Positions 54,450-64,000 of a stretch of 64,000 nucleotides of DNA are shown here, piece after piece; the first letter of the stretch is position 1; every line of letters begins with the position of its first letter. The translations under genes and the position numbers were made by a program. A model generated the notes under the pieces. The model had not been told where the DNA came from. It searched no databases and saw nothing but the letters and a program-made list of their open reading frames with translations. The stretch covers positions 1-64,000 of IMG/VR virus record IMGVR_UViG_3300013127_000002, one strand, 5' to 3'. The DNA comes from a virus.

Positions 54450-55444
54450 TGGGCGAACTCAATATAAAGAATGCGGATACGCACGATACGCCCTCGTCGG
54501 GCTACACCAAGCTTTATCCAAAAACAGATGGCAAGTTCTATGTCAAAGACGATGCCGGTGTTGAGGTTGCGCTTGGAGCAGACGCATTATCTCTAGACAG
54601 TGTTCCCCTTGATATCGCTGATTTGACCAACGGGGCGAAGCTTTATTACGACGAAGCAAGTGACGAATGGAAGAACGAGCCGCTGCCACTGCTGACCTAC
54701 GGAGCATTAATAACGGCGGATTGGGCCCCCACATGGGCACAGTTGTATGCTAACGGACCTGTGATCCTGGCCTACCCCTCTACCGGGCCTATCACAATCA
54801 CATTGCCAGCACCAAGCGGTCTTCCGGAAGACGGCATGCTGCGGCGTGCGTGGGTGGGTAATTTTGGGGGGCTGTACTCTGTAAAGGTTGTGATTGCTGG
54901 TGGCGGGACTTTTGTAGACGGGCTGTCTCAGTTGTGGGTTGATGGTAATGGTACAGCAGTACATTTGGGTGCTGTCAATGGGGCAGTAGCTGACACCTGG
55001 ATGAGAATTTCGACACTGCGCAATGTTTTACAGATTCGCCGGGCCGCCACTTGGGCTGCCGCTAATTTTTCCAGTGCTACCCCGTTGCCTTTTGCTACGC
55101 AGGATTTTGAGGGGAACCCTTACATCATGGATTGGGCGAGCGAGATTCCTTCGCGCCTCAGTGCAGTTCTTGGCGGCACGTACTGGATTGCTGGTTTTGC
55201 CAACATCGATTCCACGGGCGGAGTAACCTGGAATGTAGCGTGTTGGTTGCGTAAGAATGGTACCACGGAGATTCCAGGAACACGGTTGAGAGGGGGCAAC
55301 TACGGAGGAGAAGACGATAGTGTTACTCTGCCTCAAACTCGCGTGTCATTGGCCGCGGGAGACTATTTGGAGTGGGTATTTCAACAGACTGGTCTGACAG
55401 GAACACTATATTCAGCAACAATGTCCTCGGAGATTTTGGTATGA
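54449..55444 (+). CDS. Fibre/receptor-binding protein with C1q-like C-terminus
   Basis: TP.SG..KLY.K.DG.FY; G.Y.I...L.KNG...L.AGDY.E. Confidence 0.6.
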   Translation: MGELNIKNADTHDTPSSGYTKLYPKTDGKFYVKDDAGVEVALGADALSLDSVPLDIADLTNGAKLYYDEASDEWKNEPLPLLTYGALITADWAPTWAQLYANGPVILAYPSTGPITITLPAPSGLPEDGMLRRAWVGNFGGLYSVKVVIAGGGTFVDGLSQLWVDGNGTAVHLGAVNGAVADTWMRISTLRNVLQIRRAATWAAANFSSATPLPFATQDFEGNPYIMDWASEIPSRLSAVLGGTYWIAGFANIDSTGGVTWNVACWLRKNGTTEIPGTRLRGGNYGGEDDSVTLPQTRVSLAAGDYLEWVFQQTGLTGTLYSATMSSEILV

Positions 55445-55899
55445 AATACCGCTATGACAATCTAGTTCCGCTGGCGTGCCTGGCGTATGTAGAGGACAAA
55501 GTCCACACATCTGCCATGACTGATAAGGCATACACGGATATATCACTCAATCCGGAAGAGGGTTGGCTGGATATCTGGTTCGACACTAACTTGTCTGTAG
55601 GGGACAAGACAATTCTCGATGGTATTGTAAGTGACAGCCAGGGGATCATCCTTATCAAGAAGCCCCGTACCCGGATCATGGCCGAGATACTTTTCACGGC
55701 CGAACCAGATCCAGCGCAATTGTCGCGATTGCTTGATGCGCTCGACAGCTACCCGTCTGTGGCTATTGCTTTGGATGGTATGAATTACGAGCTAGCTCGG
55801 ATGCGCGTAGCGAAGGTGCTTGCAGACGGAGCAATTACGGAAGATGATTATGATTTGGTTATGGCTATAATCCCGGCAAGCAAGTACCAGACTCTCTAA
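55441..55899 (+). CDS. Putative tail fibre assembly/accessory protein
   Basis: Coupled to the fibre gene. Confidence 0.5.
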   Translation: MKYRYDNLVPLACLAYVEDKVHTSAMTDKAYTDISLNPEEGWLDIWFDTNLSVGDKTILDGIVSDSQGIILIKKPRTRIMAEILFTAEPDPAQLSRLLDALDSYPSVAIALDGMNYELARMRVAKVLADGAITEDDYDLVMAIIPASKYQTL

Positions 55900-55974
55900 T
55901 CTCTCTAAACAAGAGTTGTCTTTTAGTAGCGTGTCTGCTAAACATATCTCTATCATCTCAAAAAGGAGCATGTT

Positions 55975-56502
55975 ATGCCCAAGAACGTAGAGCTGGACCT
56001 CAAGAGAATTGACATGTTGTTTAACCTTTTGACCTCTCTCGGGAGCATACAACAGGCCAAGTTGTCTTACGCTATCGCCAAGAACAAGAACCACCTCAAG
56101 ACGTTTTTAGAGGCATACCAAGAGGCAATCAAGCCTCCGCAGACTGTTTTGGATTTCGAAAAAGCCCGACAGAAACTTCTGGAAGAAAGTGCAGAGAAGG
56201 ACTCCAAGGGCAAGCCTAAGAAGGTTCCTGTTCCTGGGCGTACCGGGGTTTGGCAGTATATTCTGGCCAACGAGGAGGATTATCAGGATGCCCTGGAGGC
56301 TCTCAAGTTGGAGCATGAACAGGGGGTTCATGACCTAGAAGAGCTGGAAGCGAAACAGAAGCAGCTATTGGAGGAGATGGAGACCGTGAGCCTTCATCAA
56401 ATCAAGTACTCTGATCTCAAAGAAGATGCGCAAGGTAACTTCCCGATTAGCTCATCGCAGTTGAGTGATTTGTTGGATATTGGTATTATTGTAGAGGATT
56501 GA
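55975..56502 (+). CDS. Hypothetical helical phage protein
   Basis: AAGGAG RBS; KLSYAIAKN motif. Confidence 0.65.
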   Translation: MPKNVELDLKRIDMLFNLLTSLGSIQQAKLSYAIAKNKNHLKTFLEAYQEAIKPPQTVLDFEKARQKLLEESAEKDSKGKPKKVPVPGRTGVWQYILANEEDYQDALEALKLEHEQGVHDLEELEAKQKQLLEEMETVSLHQIKYSDLKEDAQGNFPISSSQLSDLLDIGIIVED

Positions 56503-56524
56503 TTTTCCTTCATGAGGCTAGCAC

Positions 56525-56956
56525 ATGACCTATTTTGGCGGTTGCGGAATCGATTCCTGCGGGAGGTCTGAGTGCGGTAACGCCAAGAGTGACATCGAGC
56601 CTCGCTTTTCTTTTTCCCAGCCTCCTGATCACTCGCGCAACAACCCCGTAAACGTCCAGTTGAAGTTCAACACGTATTGTTTTTCCAGTTATCTGGATGA
56701 GCATGATTCTACGTTTATGGTGGAGATCAGTGAAGACGGTGGTCTGACGTTCAACGTGGCGTACTCGGCCTTGGCTTTTGTAGCTCCGTATGACGGAGCC
56801 AACTCGAAGCTACGCCATACCGACGGGCAGACTACAACGTTCTGGATCCAGAAGACGATCCCTTGGCCTATCCGTACCAAGGTGATTATCCGGTTGACCG
56901 GGAAGGACGAATACGGCAATCCTGTAAGCAAGACCCTTCCTGTGAAATGGAGCTGA
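56525..56956 (+). CDS. Ig-like structural protein
   Basis: Beta-sandwich pattern in the tail module. Confidence 0.55.
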   Translation: MTYFGGCGIDSCGRSECGNAKSDIEPRFSFSQPPDHSRNNPVNVQLKFNTYCFSSYLDEHDSTFMVEISEDGGLTFNVAYSALAFVAPYDGANSKLRHTDGQTTTFWIQKTIPWPIRTKVIIRLTGKDEYGNPVSKTLPVKWS

Positions 56957-56957
56957 G

Positions 56958-57452
56958 ATGCCGTACGAATGGGAGTTCGAAACTTCCGGACGCCCGCTGA
57001 CCCCCCTCGGGAAGAAGTGCCACCGCGGCCCGATGATCGATGTCGAGGTTCGGATGTCCAAGCCGTGCTTGTCGATTCCCGAAGCCGAGCGCTTGCGGCA
57101 GCACCTCTTACAGCACATCGTGGATATCAATTACGTTGCTGTGCAGACGCGAGAAACGATTCTCAGGACGCTCAACAGCAACCTTGGTCCCATGTTCTTC
57201 AAGCTGTATTCGCGTGCTAAGGGGTTACAGGTAGAAATCTGCGAGAAGCGGAACAGCTTGATCATCGACGAAGAGCTGAAGGTCAATGACGTTTTCTACA
57301 GACAGGTGGTGGAGTCGTTGAAGAAATACAACGTATCGAAGCAGCACCTGGACCTGATGCTGGAGGGACTCGCGTCCAACAGCGCCATCATGCGTGTTGC
57401 CGCACGGTGCTCAGTGGTTCTGATGGTCACCTTCGTCGAGATGGACCTGTAA
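56958..57452 (+). CDS. Hypothetical protein
   Basis: Packed ORF. Confidence 0.6.
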   Translation: MPYEWEFETSGRPLTPLGKKCHRGPMIDVEVRMSKPCLSIPEAERLRQHLLQHIVDINYVAVQTRETILRTLNSNLGPMFFKLYSRAKGLQVEICEKRNSLIIDEELKVNDVFYRQVVESLKKYNVSKQHLDLMLEGLASNSAIMRVAARCSVVLMVTFVEMDL

Positions 57453-57453
57453 G

Positions 57454-60400
57454 ATGTCAGAGGCGTTCACTAATTACACCGTAAACTATCCGCACCAGGC
57501 GGCGTGGATTGTGTACATGAACGGGCTGGAGGTTCCAGTCAGTAGCGTCTTCTGCGACTTCGGGGTCAACAAGATCCCGTCTTGCACTATCGACATGCCA
57601 CCGGATCCCCGCCTGACACGTTTGGGATTCGAGGACCGGATTGAGGTTGATGTCTTCTACTTGGACGAATTCCACAATCCTGACAATCCCGAGTTCTGTC
57701 TCATGGGCGAGTTTGACATCATGGGGTGGGCGTATTCGAATTCAGGATCGGGGAGGAGTCTCCGGTTCATGTGTGTCGGTACGGTCCAGATCTTCCAGCA
57801 GCTCAACATGTTTTACATGTCGGCAGTTGACGATATTGTTAACGCGTACTTGCCCGCGACAGACACCTCGGCCACTACGGTCACTCCCATGGTCTACTTT
57901 CCGGCGTCCCTGTTCCTGCAAGGTATCATGCCGAGGTTGACTGCGGAGAAGGATGTTGAGGGGGATACAGAAGTCGTAACAAGAACAGACTTTATCAAGA
58001 CCCCGTATCAATTCATCCGCAACATATTCAAGTCGATGTTGGGGAAGGTAGATGTAGGTAACGCGGACGTTAACGCTACTTCCGATCCTGCGAACATGGT
58101 TCCCCAGAGTGCCACTTCAGCGCCGGGGAGGAATTTCTTTGCCAGGTACATGAAGAGGAGGGACATCTATCGCCGGTTTGTGGGTCTTCCGTTTATAGAC
58201 AGGGACATGCAGAACCCTGTAGATGGTTGTTTTCCGCTTATCAAAGCTGTGCAGGGCACCGAGGTGCTCAATGCCATACAGAGTCAGCTCGGGGCGTCTA
58301 TCGGGTCTGCGGGGACCATCTGGGAACTTTTGCGTTCGGTACTCGGTACCATGTATATGGAGGTTGTTTCCATCCCGGCCCCCACCATCGCCATGGCGGA
58401 AAAAGAGACCGGGGTGATGGTCGATCTCTTCAAGGGTGAGCGCAATAGCGGGGATTTGATGGGAGTCATTGCGTCGAACTTCATTAAACCGCAGTGTTTC
58501 TTCGGACTCCCACCGACATGCAACATCATCTTTCCTTCGATGGTAGAGTCGTTGCATATCGAGGAGAACTACACTAATCAACCAACTCGCGTGTATCTAG
58601 GAGAGCAATTTCTATCGAACATCCTGGCGGCTAAGGCGTCGGGCAGTGCGGCACAATTGGTGACGAGTACCCTCACTACCGGATATCCCCCCGTTGTGAA
58701 GTCCCGCATGAAGCAATACATGCTCGACGCAAAGCAGAACACCAAGAACTTCCTGATCTGGCCAGAAGAGTTTTTCAGAGGTCCAGTAGTCAAGCAGGCT
58801 GCGGCTCCTCCGTGGTTGTGGATGCTCGACAAGTTCCGGGCGGCCATCGAGGGTACTTACGGTACGGGTACTGGAACTGGAGGCGGGGGAGCTGGATGGC
58901 AGTCCATGGGTGCGCGGAAAATGCGGAAGTTCATAGAGCCCTACATCCAGGAAGCGGTGTCGAATTGGCAGGTAGACCGTTACTGGATCTTGTCGACGAT
59001 TGCAAAAGAGTCCGGGTTCCATGTGCATGACGGTCGCATTCCTTCTCCGAAGGGTCAGATTTCCCGCGGTCTGATGCAGGTCAACACGGACTTGTTCTAC
59101 AACATGATCAAGCTTCTCCGAAAAGAGGGAAAGATTCCCAAGGACATGACGGATGAGCAGATCAGCTACAACGATCCTAAGTGGAACATTTTTGCAGGTG
59201 TTCGGTATGCACGACAGGTCATGAACATCTGCAAGTTGAATCCGAAGAACGTGAACCGGCAGAACCTGTTTTTCGATCCGACAAAGCCCATCAACGACAT
59301 GCACGTATTCATTGTTGGATACGGTGGGGGTATTGGTAAGGGCAAGTGGATGAAGAAGCAGATGGACGCTGGCAAGAAGCTCGGAGATTTACGGCGTACA
59401 GCAGTTAGTCGTCCTGGCAACGAGGGGTGGCAGAATTTTCTGGAGCGTGCGACTGCGAGAATGGCAAAGGCGTGGGATGCCATCAAGGCGGACGACTTGC
59501 AGATGCAGGCCAGCGAAGACCCGGCGCAAGATCTCAAAGATGTTGCTGGTGGTGATCTTCTGGCAGAAGAATACGCAGCAGGTAATCCGGACGTGGGTTC
59601 TTCACAGATGACGCCGGATCCTACGGAGAACAAGGAAAAGCCAAAGCAGATTCCCGATCCTGCACAATCGCAGAACAAGTCGGAATCCAGCCAGACTACA
59701 TCACAAACGTCTTCTTCGTCTCAGGGAGATTTCTACGACCCGTCCAAAAAACCACAACAGCCTCAGTCCATCCCGGACGCGCCCCCGGAGCAATCCCAAG
59801 TAGTAGACACTACAATCGCAGGGATGAGCCAGATGGAGCAAGATGGGCTCGGTCAACTATTTGATTACTATGCTCAGTACGAGTACTTCCGGTCTCGGTA
59901 TGAGAACCGGATTGGTGGTGCGACACTGGCGTTCAACCCGTATATAGTGCCGGCGTTTCCGGCGGTGCTGTTTGACTCGAAGTATTCCGGCGTGAGCACG
60001 ATCGGGTACATCATGAATGTTACGCACCAGATGTCCGCGAATGCGAATGCTTGCATGATGTCGACTACGGTGAATACGGCTTTCCAGCGTACCCTTCCTG
60101 AGTTTCTCGGCGATATGCGTACGGGCTGGGACGCGGCTTTCTGGGCAGACAGGCCCTTCCCGTACACGTGTTTCCCGATCGATCCGATTCCGGATGTCGC
60201 GGCGATCTTCCAGCAATTGTCGATGGCTAATCTCTTCTACGCGAAATTCTTTCACAGGGCAGCTTTGGATGTTCCGATTCCTGAAAATAAGATGGAAGAA
60301 GAGGCCAAAGCACAGGCGGAAGAGGACTGGGCTACTGAGTCCAGTGAAGCGGAGAATGCGATAGCGGATGAGAACAAGAAAGCAATGGCGGAGGCGGCCG

Positions 60401-61071
60401 GGACTACCTACCAAGATTCTGCGGTCATGGACGCAGAACAACGTAAAGAGAAGTTGAAGTCTTATAAAGGCCCGGCTTTTGTTTTCAATCTCCATCAGAT
60501 GATCAGCATCGTTAAGAAGAATCCCGAAGGTAGAGTGGTCGAAGAGGACGTACCGTTCTGGGAGTTTACCGAGGACATGGAGATCAAACCCAACCCCCGG
60601 TACCGGGAACTCTTCCGGAGTTATGACGCGGCTATGGGGTACGTTTCTCGGCCAGTCTGTACCCTCCGCGAGTACATTGCGTTGAAGCACGGGATGTCTG
60701 TAGCGGCGGCCATCGAAGCAGGGTTTGTTACAGGAGAAGAGAGGTCGTTTTACAGTCATCTCTTGAATTCTCAGGGGATAAAAAAGTTGAAAAAGGGTGG
60801 GAATACGGCCCAAGGTGGTGCCGTATTCTGGGCGAGGATCTTTACCCTCCACCAAGGTCCTGGAAGTCAGAGCGGTGACATTCAGACGATAATTCAGAAG
60901 TACTCTAACATCGGGCCGGCGGAGGAGAACTACCCGCCCATGGACCCCTGGTACATGATCGACAGGGCAAACAATCTGCCGCAGACCCGGCAAGACTGGG
61001 ATAGTATATTGTTGAGCTACCGCAATACCGTGCGGGCTCAGGGCGGGGACAAGGGAGTCCCGAGGCGTTAA
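57454..61071 (+). CDS. Baseplate hub (gp27/gpD-like) with inserted lytic transglycosylase (SLT) domain
   Basis: IAKESGF, RGLMQV, DPKWNIFAGVRY (~58920-59330); hub-like FNPYIVPAFP..L...GYI..V.H. Confidence 0.7.
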   Translation: MSEAFTNYTVNYPHQAAWIVYMNGLEVPVSSVFCDFGVNKIPSCTIDMPPDPRLTRLGFEDRIEVDVFYLDEFHNPDNPEFCLMGEFDIMGWAYSNSGSGRSLRFMCVGTVQIFQQLNMFYMSAVDDIVNAYLPATDTSATTVTPMVYFPASLFLQGIMPRLTAEKDVEGDTEVVTRTDFIKTPYQFIRNIFKSMLGKVDVGNADVNATSDPANMVPQSATSAPGRNFFARYMKRRDIYRRFVGLPFIDRDMQNPVDGCFPLIKAVQGTEVLNAIQSQLGASIGSAGTIWELLRSVLGTMYMEVVSIPAPTIAMAEKETGVMVDLFKGERNSGDLMGVIASNFIKPQCFFGLPPTCNIIFPSMVESLHIEENYTNQPTRVYLGEQFLSNILAAKASGSAAQLVTSTLTTGYPPVVKSRMKQYMLDAKQNTKNFLIWPEEFFRGPVVKQAAAPPWLWMLDKFRAAIEGTYGTGTGTGGGGAGWQSMGARKMRKFIEPYIQEAVSNWQVDRYWILSTIAKESGFHVHDGRIPSPKGQISRGLMQVNTDLFYNMIKLLRKEGKIPKDMTDEQISYNDPKWNIFAGVRYARQVMNICKLNPKNVNRQNLFFDPTKPINDMHVFIVGYGGGIGKGKWMKKQMDAGKKLGDLRRTAVSRPGNEGWQNFLERATARMAKAWDAIKADDLQMQASEDPAQDLKDVAGGDLLAEEYAAGNPDVGSSQMTPDPTENKEKPKQIPDPAQSQNKSESSQTTSQTSSSSQGDFYDPSKKPQQPQSIPDAPPEQSQVVDTTIAGMSQMEQDGLGQLFDYYAQYEYFRSRYENRIGGATLAFNPYIVPAFPAVLFDSKYSGVSTIGYIMNVTHQMSANANACMMSTTVNTAFQRTLPEFLGDMRTGWDAAFWADRPFPYTCFPIDPIPDVAAIFQQLSMANLFYAKFFHRAALDVPIPENKMEEEAKAQAEEDWATESSEAENAIADENKKAMAEAAGTTYQDSAVMDAEQRKEKLKSYKGPAFVFNLHQMISIVKKNPEGRVVEEDVPFWEFTEDMEIKPNPRYRELFRSYDAAMGYVSRPVCTLREYIALKHGMSVAAAIEAGFVTGEERSFYSHLLNSQGIKKLKKGGNTAQGGAVFWARIFTLHQGPGSQSGDIQTIIQKYSNIGPAEENYPPMDPWYMIDRANNLPQTRQDWDSILLSYRNTVRAQGGDKGVPRR

Positions 61072-61073
61072 CA

Positions 61074-61775
61074 ATGACCCTTCAACGGCAACAGCAGGAC
61101 CTGGAACTCTGGCGACAGTGGAAGCAGTCGAACGACCCGGAGCATCTCAAGCTTCTGTTGGATCGCATGAATCCCCTAGTTCAACGGGAGGTCCAGAAGT
61201 GGGGTGCTGCGGTTCCCCGGGAGGCTCTCGAATCGAAGGGCAGGCTTCTGACGGTGCAAGCTCTCCGTACGTACGATCCGAGTAGAGGTGCGGCGATTGG
61301 CACACACGTAACGAGCAGGTTACGGAAGCTGTCCCGGGACGTGTATCCGTACCAGAACGTTGCTCGGTTGCCGGAAAACAAGCAGCTCCTTTACAATACG
61401 TTTCAGGTTGCGACGAACAACCTGATTGACCAACACGGAAGAGAGCCGACAGTGGACGAGCTGTCGGATGAGTTGAAGTGGCACCCCAAGAAAGTAGCTG
61501 ATTTCCAGAAGTCGTTTAGTCGAAAAGAGCTCGTGGAATCTGCCGGCGCTTTCATGGAGGAAGGGTCCGCGGATGAGGGGTTGGTGGATTTCTACCACCA
61601 CGGTTTGGCCCCGGCGGATAAGCTCATGTTTGAAGATCTCATAGGATTCAAAGGCCGGTCTGCTCTGAATAACGCCCAGTTGATGAAGAAGTACGATCTC
61701 ACACAGGGACAGCTCAGCTACAAGAAGCGCAAGTTCATCAACGACCTCCGAGACATTCAACAAGGACGACGCTGA
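61074..61775 (+). CDS. Phage RNA polymerase sigma-70 family factor
   Basis: YDPSRGA...T.V...L (region 2), RLPE, GREPT.DEL...L.W (region 3), C-terminal HTH. Confidence 0.85.
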   Translation: MTLQRQQQDLELWRQWKQSNDPEHLKLLLDRMNPLVQREVQKWGAAVPREALESKGRLLTVQALRTYDPSRGAAIGTHVTSRLRKLSRDVYPYQNVARLPENKQLLYNTFQVATNNLIDQHGREPTVDELSDELKWHPKKVADFQKSFSRKELVESAGAFMEEGSADEGLVDFYHHGLAPADKLMFEDLIGFKGRSALNNAQLMKKYDLTQGQLSYKKRKFINDLRDIQQGRR

Positions 61776-63127
61776 TGGCGGATGAATCCCTCACGTCTCT
61801 GGCCAGCGGGGAAGTAGCGCAGGCGTTCATGGACCACATGGGCGGAGCTGCGTACATTCGGGATTACGTAGAGTCGGATGGCACGTGGATGGACATGGTG
61901 ACGCAGCTGACGCAATTCATGGAAAAGAACGTTGCGTACTACGTCAATGCCGGGGTTGTGGACGCCCCCGAAACCCAAAAACGGAGAATGATTAGCGAGG
62001 ATGGGTTTCCGGCGTACGTCAAGATCAACTATACCTTCCTTTCTCCAGGAGGATTTACGCCGTGGTCTTCGATAGAAGACCGTGAGATCAAACAAGTGGT
62101 TCTACACTCGTTCGGACAACAGTGGCATGCGTTCCAGAGCAGCGGCAAGTGGTTTGGTGTGATGAACAGTCCGGACAAGATGGAGATGTACTTCTATGAG
62201 GAGACCGGCCAGAAGATGCGCTGGATCCCCAAGGGGTCTGACCCCGACCAGGGTATGGCACACAAGGGGCGCCTAGCGGCAGCCCTGAACGCCTGCATGT
62301 TCCCCTCTCCAGGCACTGCCGGAGTACATTTCATCATCAGCAGGTCGGGGGATTTGTATATTCTGGCAGACTGTAACGACGTCATGAACTCCGCACAGGA
62401 TCTGAGCCCCACAGCATTGACGATTGCCTTGGAAGAGGCTTTGTACATCGAAGTGGAGAGCGGGCAATCCCGACCGGTTGCGACGTGGCTTCCTACGGGC
62501 AGTCCTTTAGGGACGGACGGGACGTTGGGATACTGGGATTGGTCCGAGCAACAGTACTTGACCCTCTCAATCCTTCTGAAGAAGTTGCAGACGGCGTATC
62601 CCGCGTTGGCGGTTCGGACCCACACAAGTTCGCCGGGCGAGGCTACGTCGGACTTTGTCGGCTATACAATGCATAGCCACATCTCAGGGGCGGACCCGCG
62701 GTATACCGACGTTTCCCCTCACCTCCAGACAGCAGATGCATGGACTGACTTGTTCGATCTGGTTGATCAACAGAAACAGATCACGGCCACCAACGTGTGG
62801 GTGTCTCCCGCGAAAGGGTACGAAGGTCGTCTTGCGTGGGCGGAGAACATCGTTGGGACGTTGCAGAATCTGGGCACCGCGGGGCTCACACAGCAGATGA
62901 TGACCAATCCTAGCCTGGTTTCCCTTATGGGAACATTGAGGGCGCATCGCGAGTTCCAGAACGACAATACCGCCTACAGGAAGAAGGCAGCGAAAAACGC
63001 GGCTCTGGCCAGTTCCGCCAAAAAGGTTCAGACTGGAATGGATCGTGCGGTTGACCGAGCGATGCAGTCTCCCCTGAACACTCCGTCCAAGGTCGAAGGC
63101 GAGTCCGAGTGTGAGTGGGATATATGA
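61775..63127 (+). CDS. N-acetylmuramoyl-L-alanine amidase (Amidase_2-like) domain protein
   Basis: VVLHS, GVHFIISRSG.LY, TIALEE, QY..L..L, HS.I...D..P. Confidence 0.7.
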   Translation: MADESLTSLASGEVAQAFMDHMGGAAYIRDYVESDGTWMDMVTQLTQFMEKNVAYYVNAGVVDAPETQKRRMISEDGFPAYVKINYTFLSPGGFTPWSSIEDREIKQVVLHSFGQQWHAFQSSGKWFGVMNSPDKMEMYFYEETGQKMRWIPKGSDPDQGMAHKGRLAAALNACMFPSPGTAGVHFIISRSGDLYILADCNDVMNSAQDLSPTALTIALEEALYIEVESGQSRPVATWLPTGSPLGTDGTLGYWDWSEQQYLTLSILLKKLQTAYPALAVRTHTSSPGEATSDFVGYTMHSHISGADPRYTDVSPHLQTADAWTDLFDLVDQQKQITATNVWVSPAKGYEGRLAWAENIVGTLQNLGTAGLTQQMMTNPSLVSLMGTLRAHREFQNDNTAYRKKAAKNAALASSAKKVQTGMDRAVDRAMQSPLNTPSKVEGESECEWDI

Positions 63128-63135
63128 GGTGATCG

Positions 63136-63588
63136 ATGCCGAGATACGACATCCACTTCCAGCCAGTCATGCCTCCCGAAGACCAGCGCGGGTTCAAGTC
63201 GTTCACGTTCGGCTTCACGTCTGCCCTGAGAGTCCGAGGGACACAATCACTGGTTAACCGTTGGGTGAAGACGTTCTACACTCCCAAGGGTAGTGATCTT
63301 TTGCATCCAGGTTACGGGACTGATTTCGGGAGTCTGGCAGGGTCGAACATCGTTAATGACTTCTCTACGCTCCAAGATACGGTTATCATGGCCATAGACG
63401 ATGCGAGCGAGCAGGTTCGCCGTCAGGACGAGGCCGAGTCTTTGGACGATGATGAATCCTTGGAGTCTGCGGAGCTGGGCAGTTTTGTTCCAACGTCTTC
63501 AAGAGACGGTTTCGACTTTTGGGTCGTTCTTACCAACCGACTGGGAACGAGCCTACAAGTGAAATTGACCACGTTGGCTTCGAGGTAA
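63136..63588 (+). CDS. Baseplate wedge gp25-like protein
   Basis: K.FYTPKGS...P.YGT motif. Confidence 0.75.
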   Translation: MPRYDIHFQPVMPPEDQRGFKSFTFGFTSALRVRGTQSLVNRWVKTFYTPKGSDLLHPGYGTDFGSLAGSNIVNDFSTLQDTVIMAIDDASEQVRRQDEAESLDDDESLESAELGSFVPTSSRDGFDFWVVLTNRLGTSLQVKLTTLASR

Positions 63589-63592
63589 ACAC

Positions 63593-64000
63593 ATGGCGCG
63601 TCAAATCACAGTCAGCCAGGAAGATCTCCAGAATGCCGAATCCTTTCTGGTTGAGTTTCTCGCAGAGTCAGTACCGGAAGCGTCTTTTGTTGAAGGCAGT
63701 GCGGTGCGGGATCTTGCCGTCAAGGCGTTCTCCTACATCTTCGCGTATCTCCGCAAGGAGAATGCGTTGTTGGACGCCAAGCGGTCTTTGAAGCAGGTTC
63801 TCGATGCTGCTACCAGCGGACAAGACATTACAAACGTCAATGACATCGTTGACGAGATCATGTCCAACTGGTTCATCACGCGTAGGGACGGTATCGTTGC
63901 GAGGTTGACTGCCACGTTGCATTTCAGCAAGAAGACTTCCGTATCGGTCCCCCAAGAGACGCGTTTCTGGAGGACCAGCACGCTGGCCTTCTACGTGGAT
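63593..64000 (+). CDS. Baseplate J/gp6-like protein (3'-truncated by the window edge)
   Basis: GS.VRDL.V...; VD....N.F..R..G..A pattern after the gp25-like gene. Confidence 0.7.
   Translation, partial: MARQITVSQEDLQNAESFLVEFLAESVPEASFVEGSAVRDLAVKAFSYIFAYLRKENALLDAKRSLKQVLDAATSGQDITNVNDIVDEIMSNWFITRRDGIVARLTATLHFSKKTSVSVPQETRFWRTSTLAFYVD

Noticed and set aside
1-64000. Genome-wide stop-codon reassignment suggested by the phage release factor
   Set aside because: TAA, TAG and TGA all end tightly packed genes and long genes are uninterrupted in code 11; only one in-frame TAG was noticed
42911-64000. Bacterial eCIS/tailocin locus rather than phage
   Set aside because: Flanked by dozens of phage-type small ORFs, dNMP kinase, UDG, DinG and a phage sigma factor, with no host housekeeping genes

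Overview
GC-rich, gene-dense segment of a large tailed phage genome, myovirus-like from its contractile-tail baseplate genes, read with the standard genetic code. No rRNA, tRNA or CRISPR array was recognised. Layout: (1) 1-12.1 kb, early/accessory genes, including a coiled-coil + vWA + divergent adenylosuccinate-synthetase (PurA-like, not PurZ) trio and a cassette array whose junctions share a GCCGCCCTGCGGGGCGAG repeat; one cassette is a DUF1566 gene with a DGR-like variable region. (2) 12.1-13.4 kb, AT-rich non-coding region with inverted and direct repeats (origin/terminus-like). (3) 13.4-19.5 kb, including a truncated RF1-type release factor and a cyclic-phosphate receiver domain. (4) 19.5-30.5 kb, the most striking part: about 16 tandem genes with otherwise unrelated sequences that mostly share one of two N-terminal leaders (KTASQIGNEVLxKL[A/G] or QGYxxxLxKLG) and mostly carry glycine-zipper segments. 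This looks like a leader-tagged, protease-processed cargo library, possibly virion-internal or ejected proteins. (5) 30.5-42.8 kb, including an amber-interrupted Zn-finger gene, a structured intergenic RNA candidate, a dNMP kinase, an exported lysozyme-like protein, a DinG helicase and a family-4 UDG. (6) 42.9-64 kb, tail module: chaperone with -1 frameshift, tape measure, fibres, hub with SLT domain, sigma factor, amidase, gp25-like and baseplate J-like genes. All calls come from reading motifs by eye; no database searches were run.
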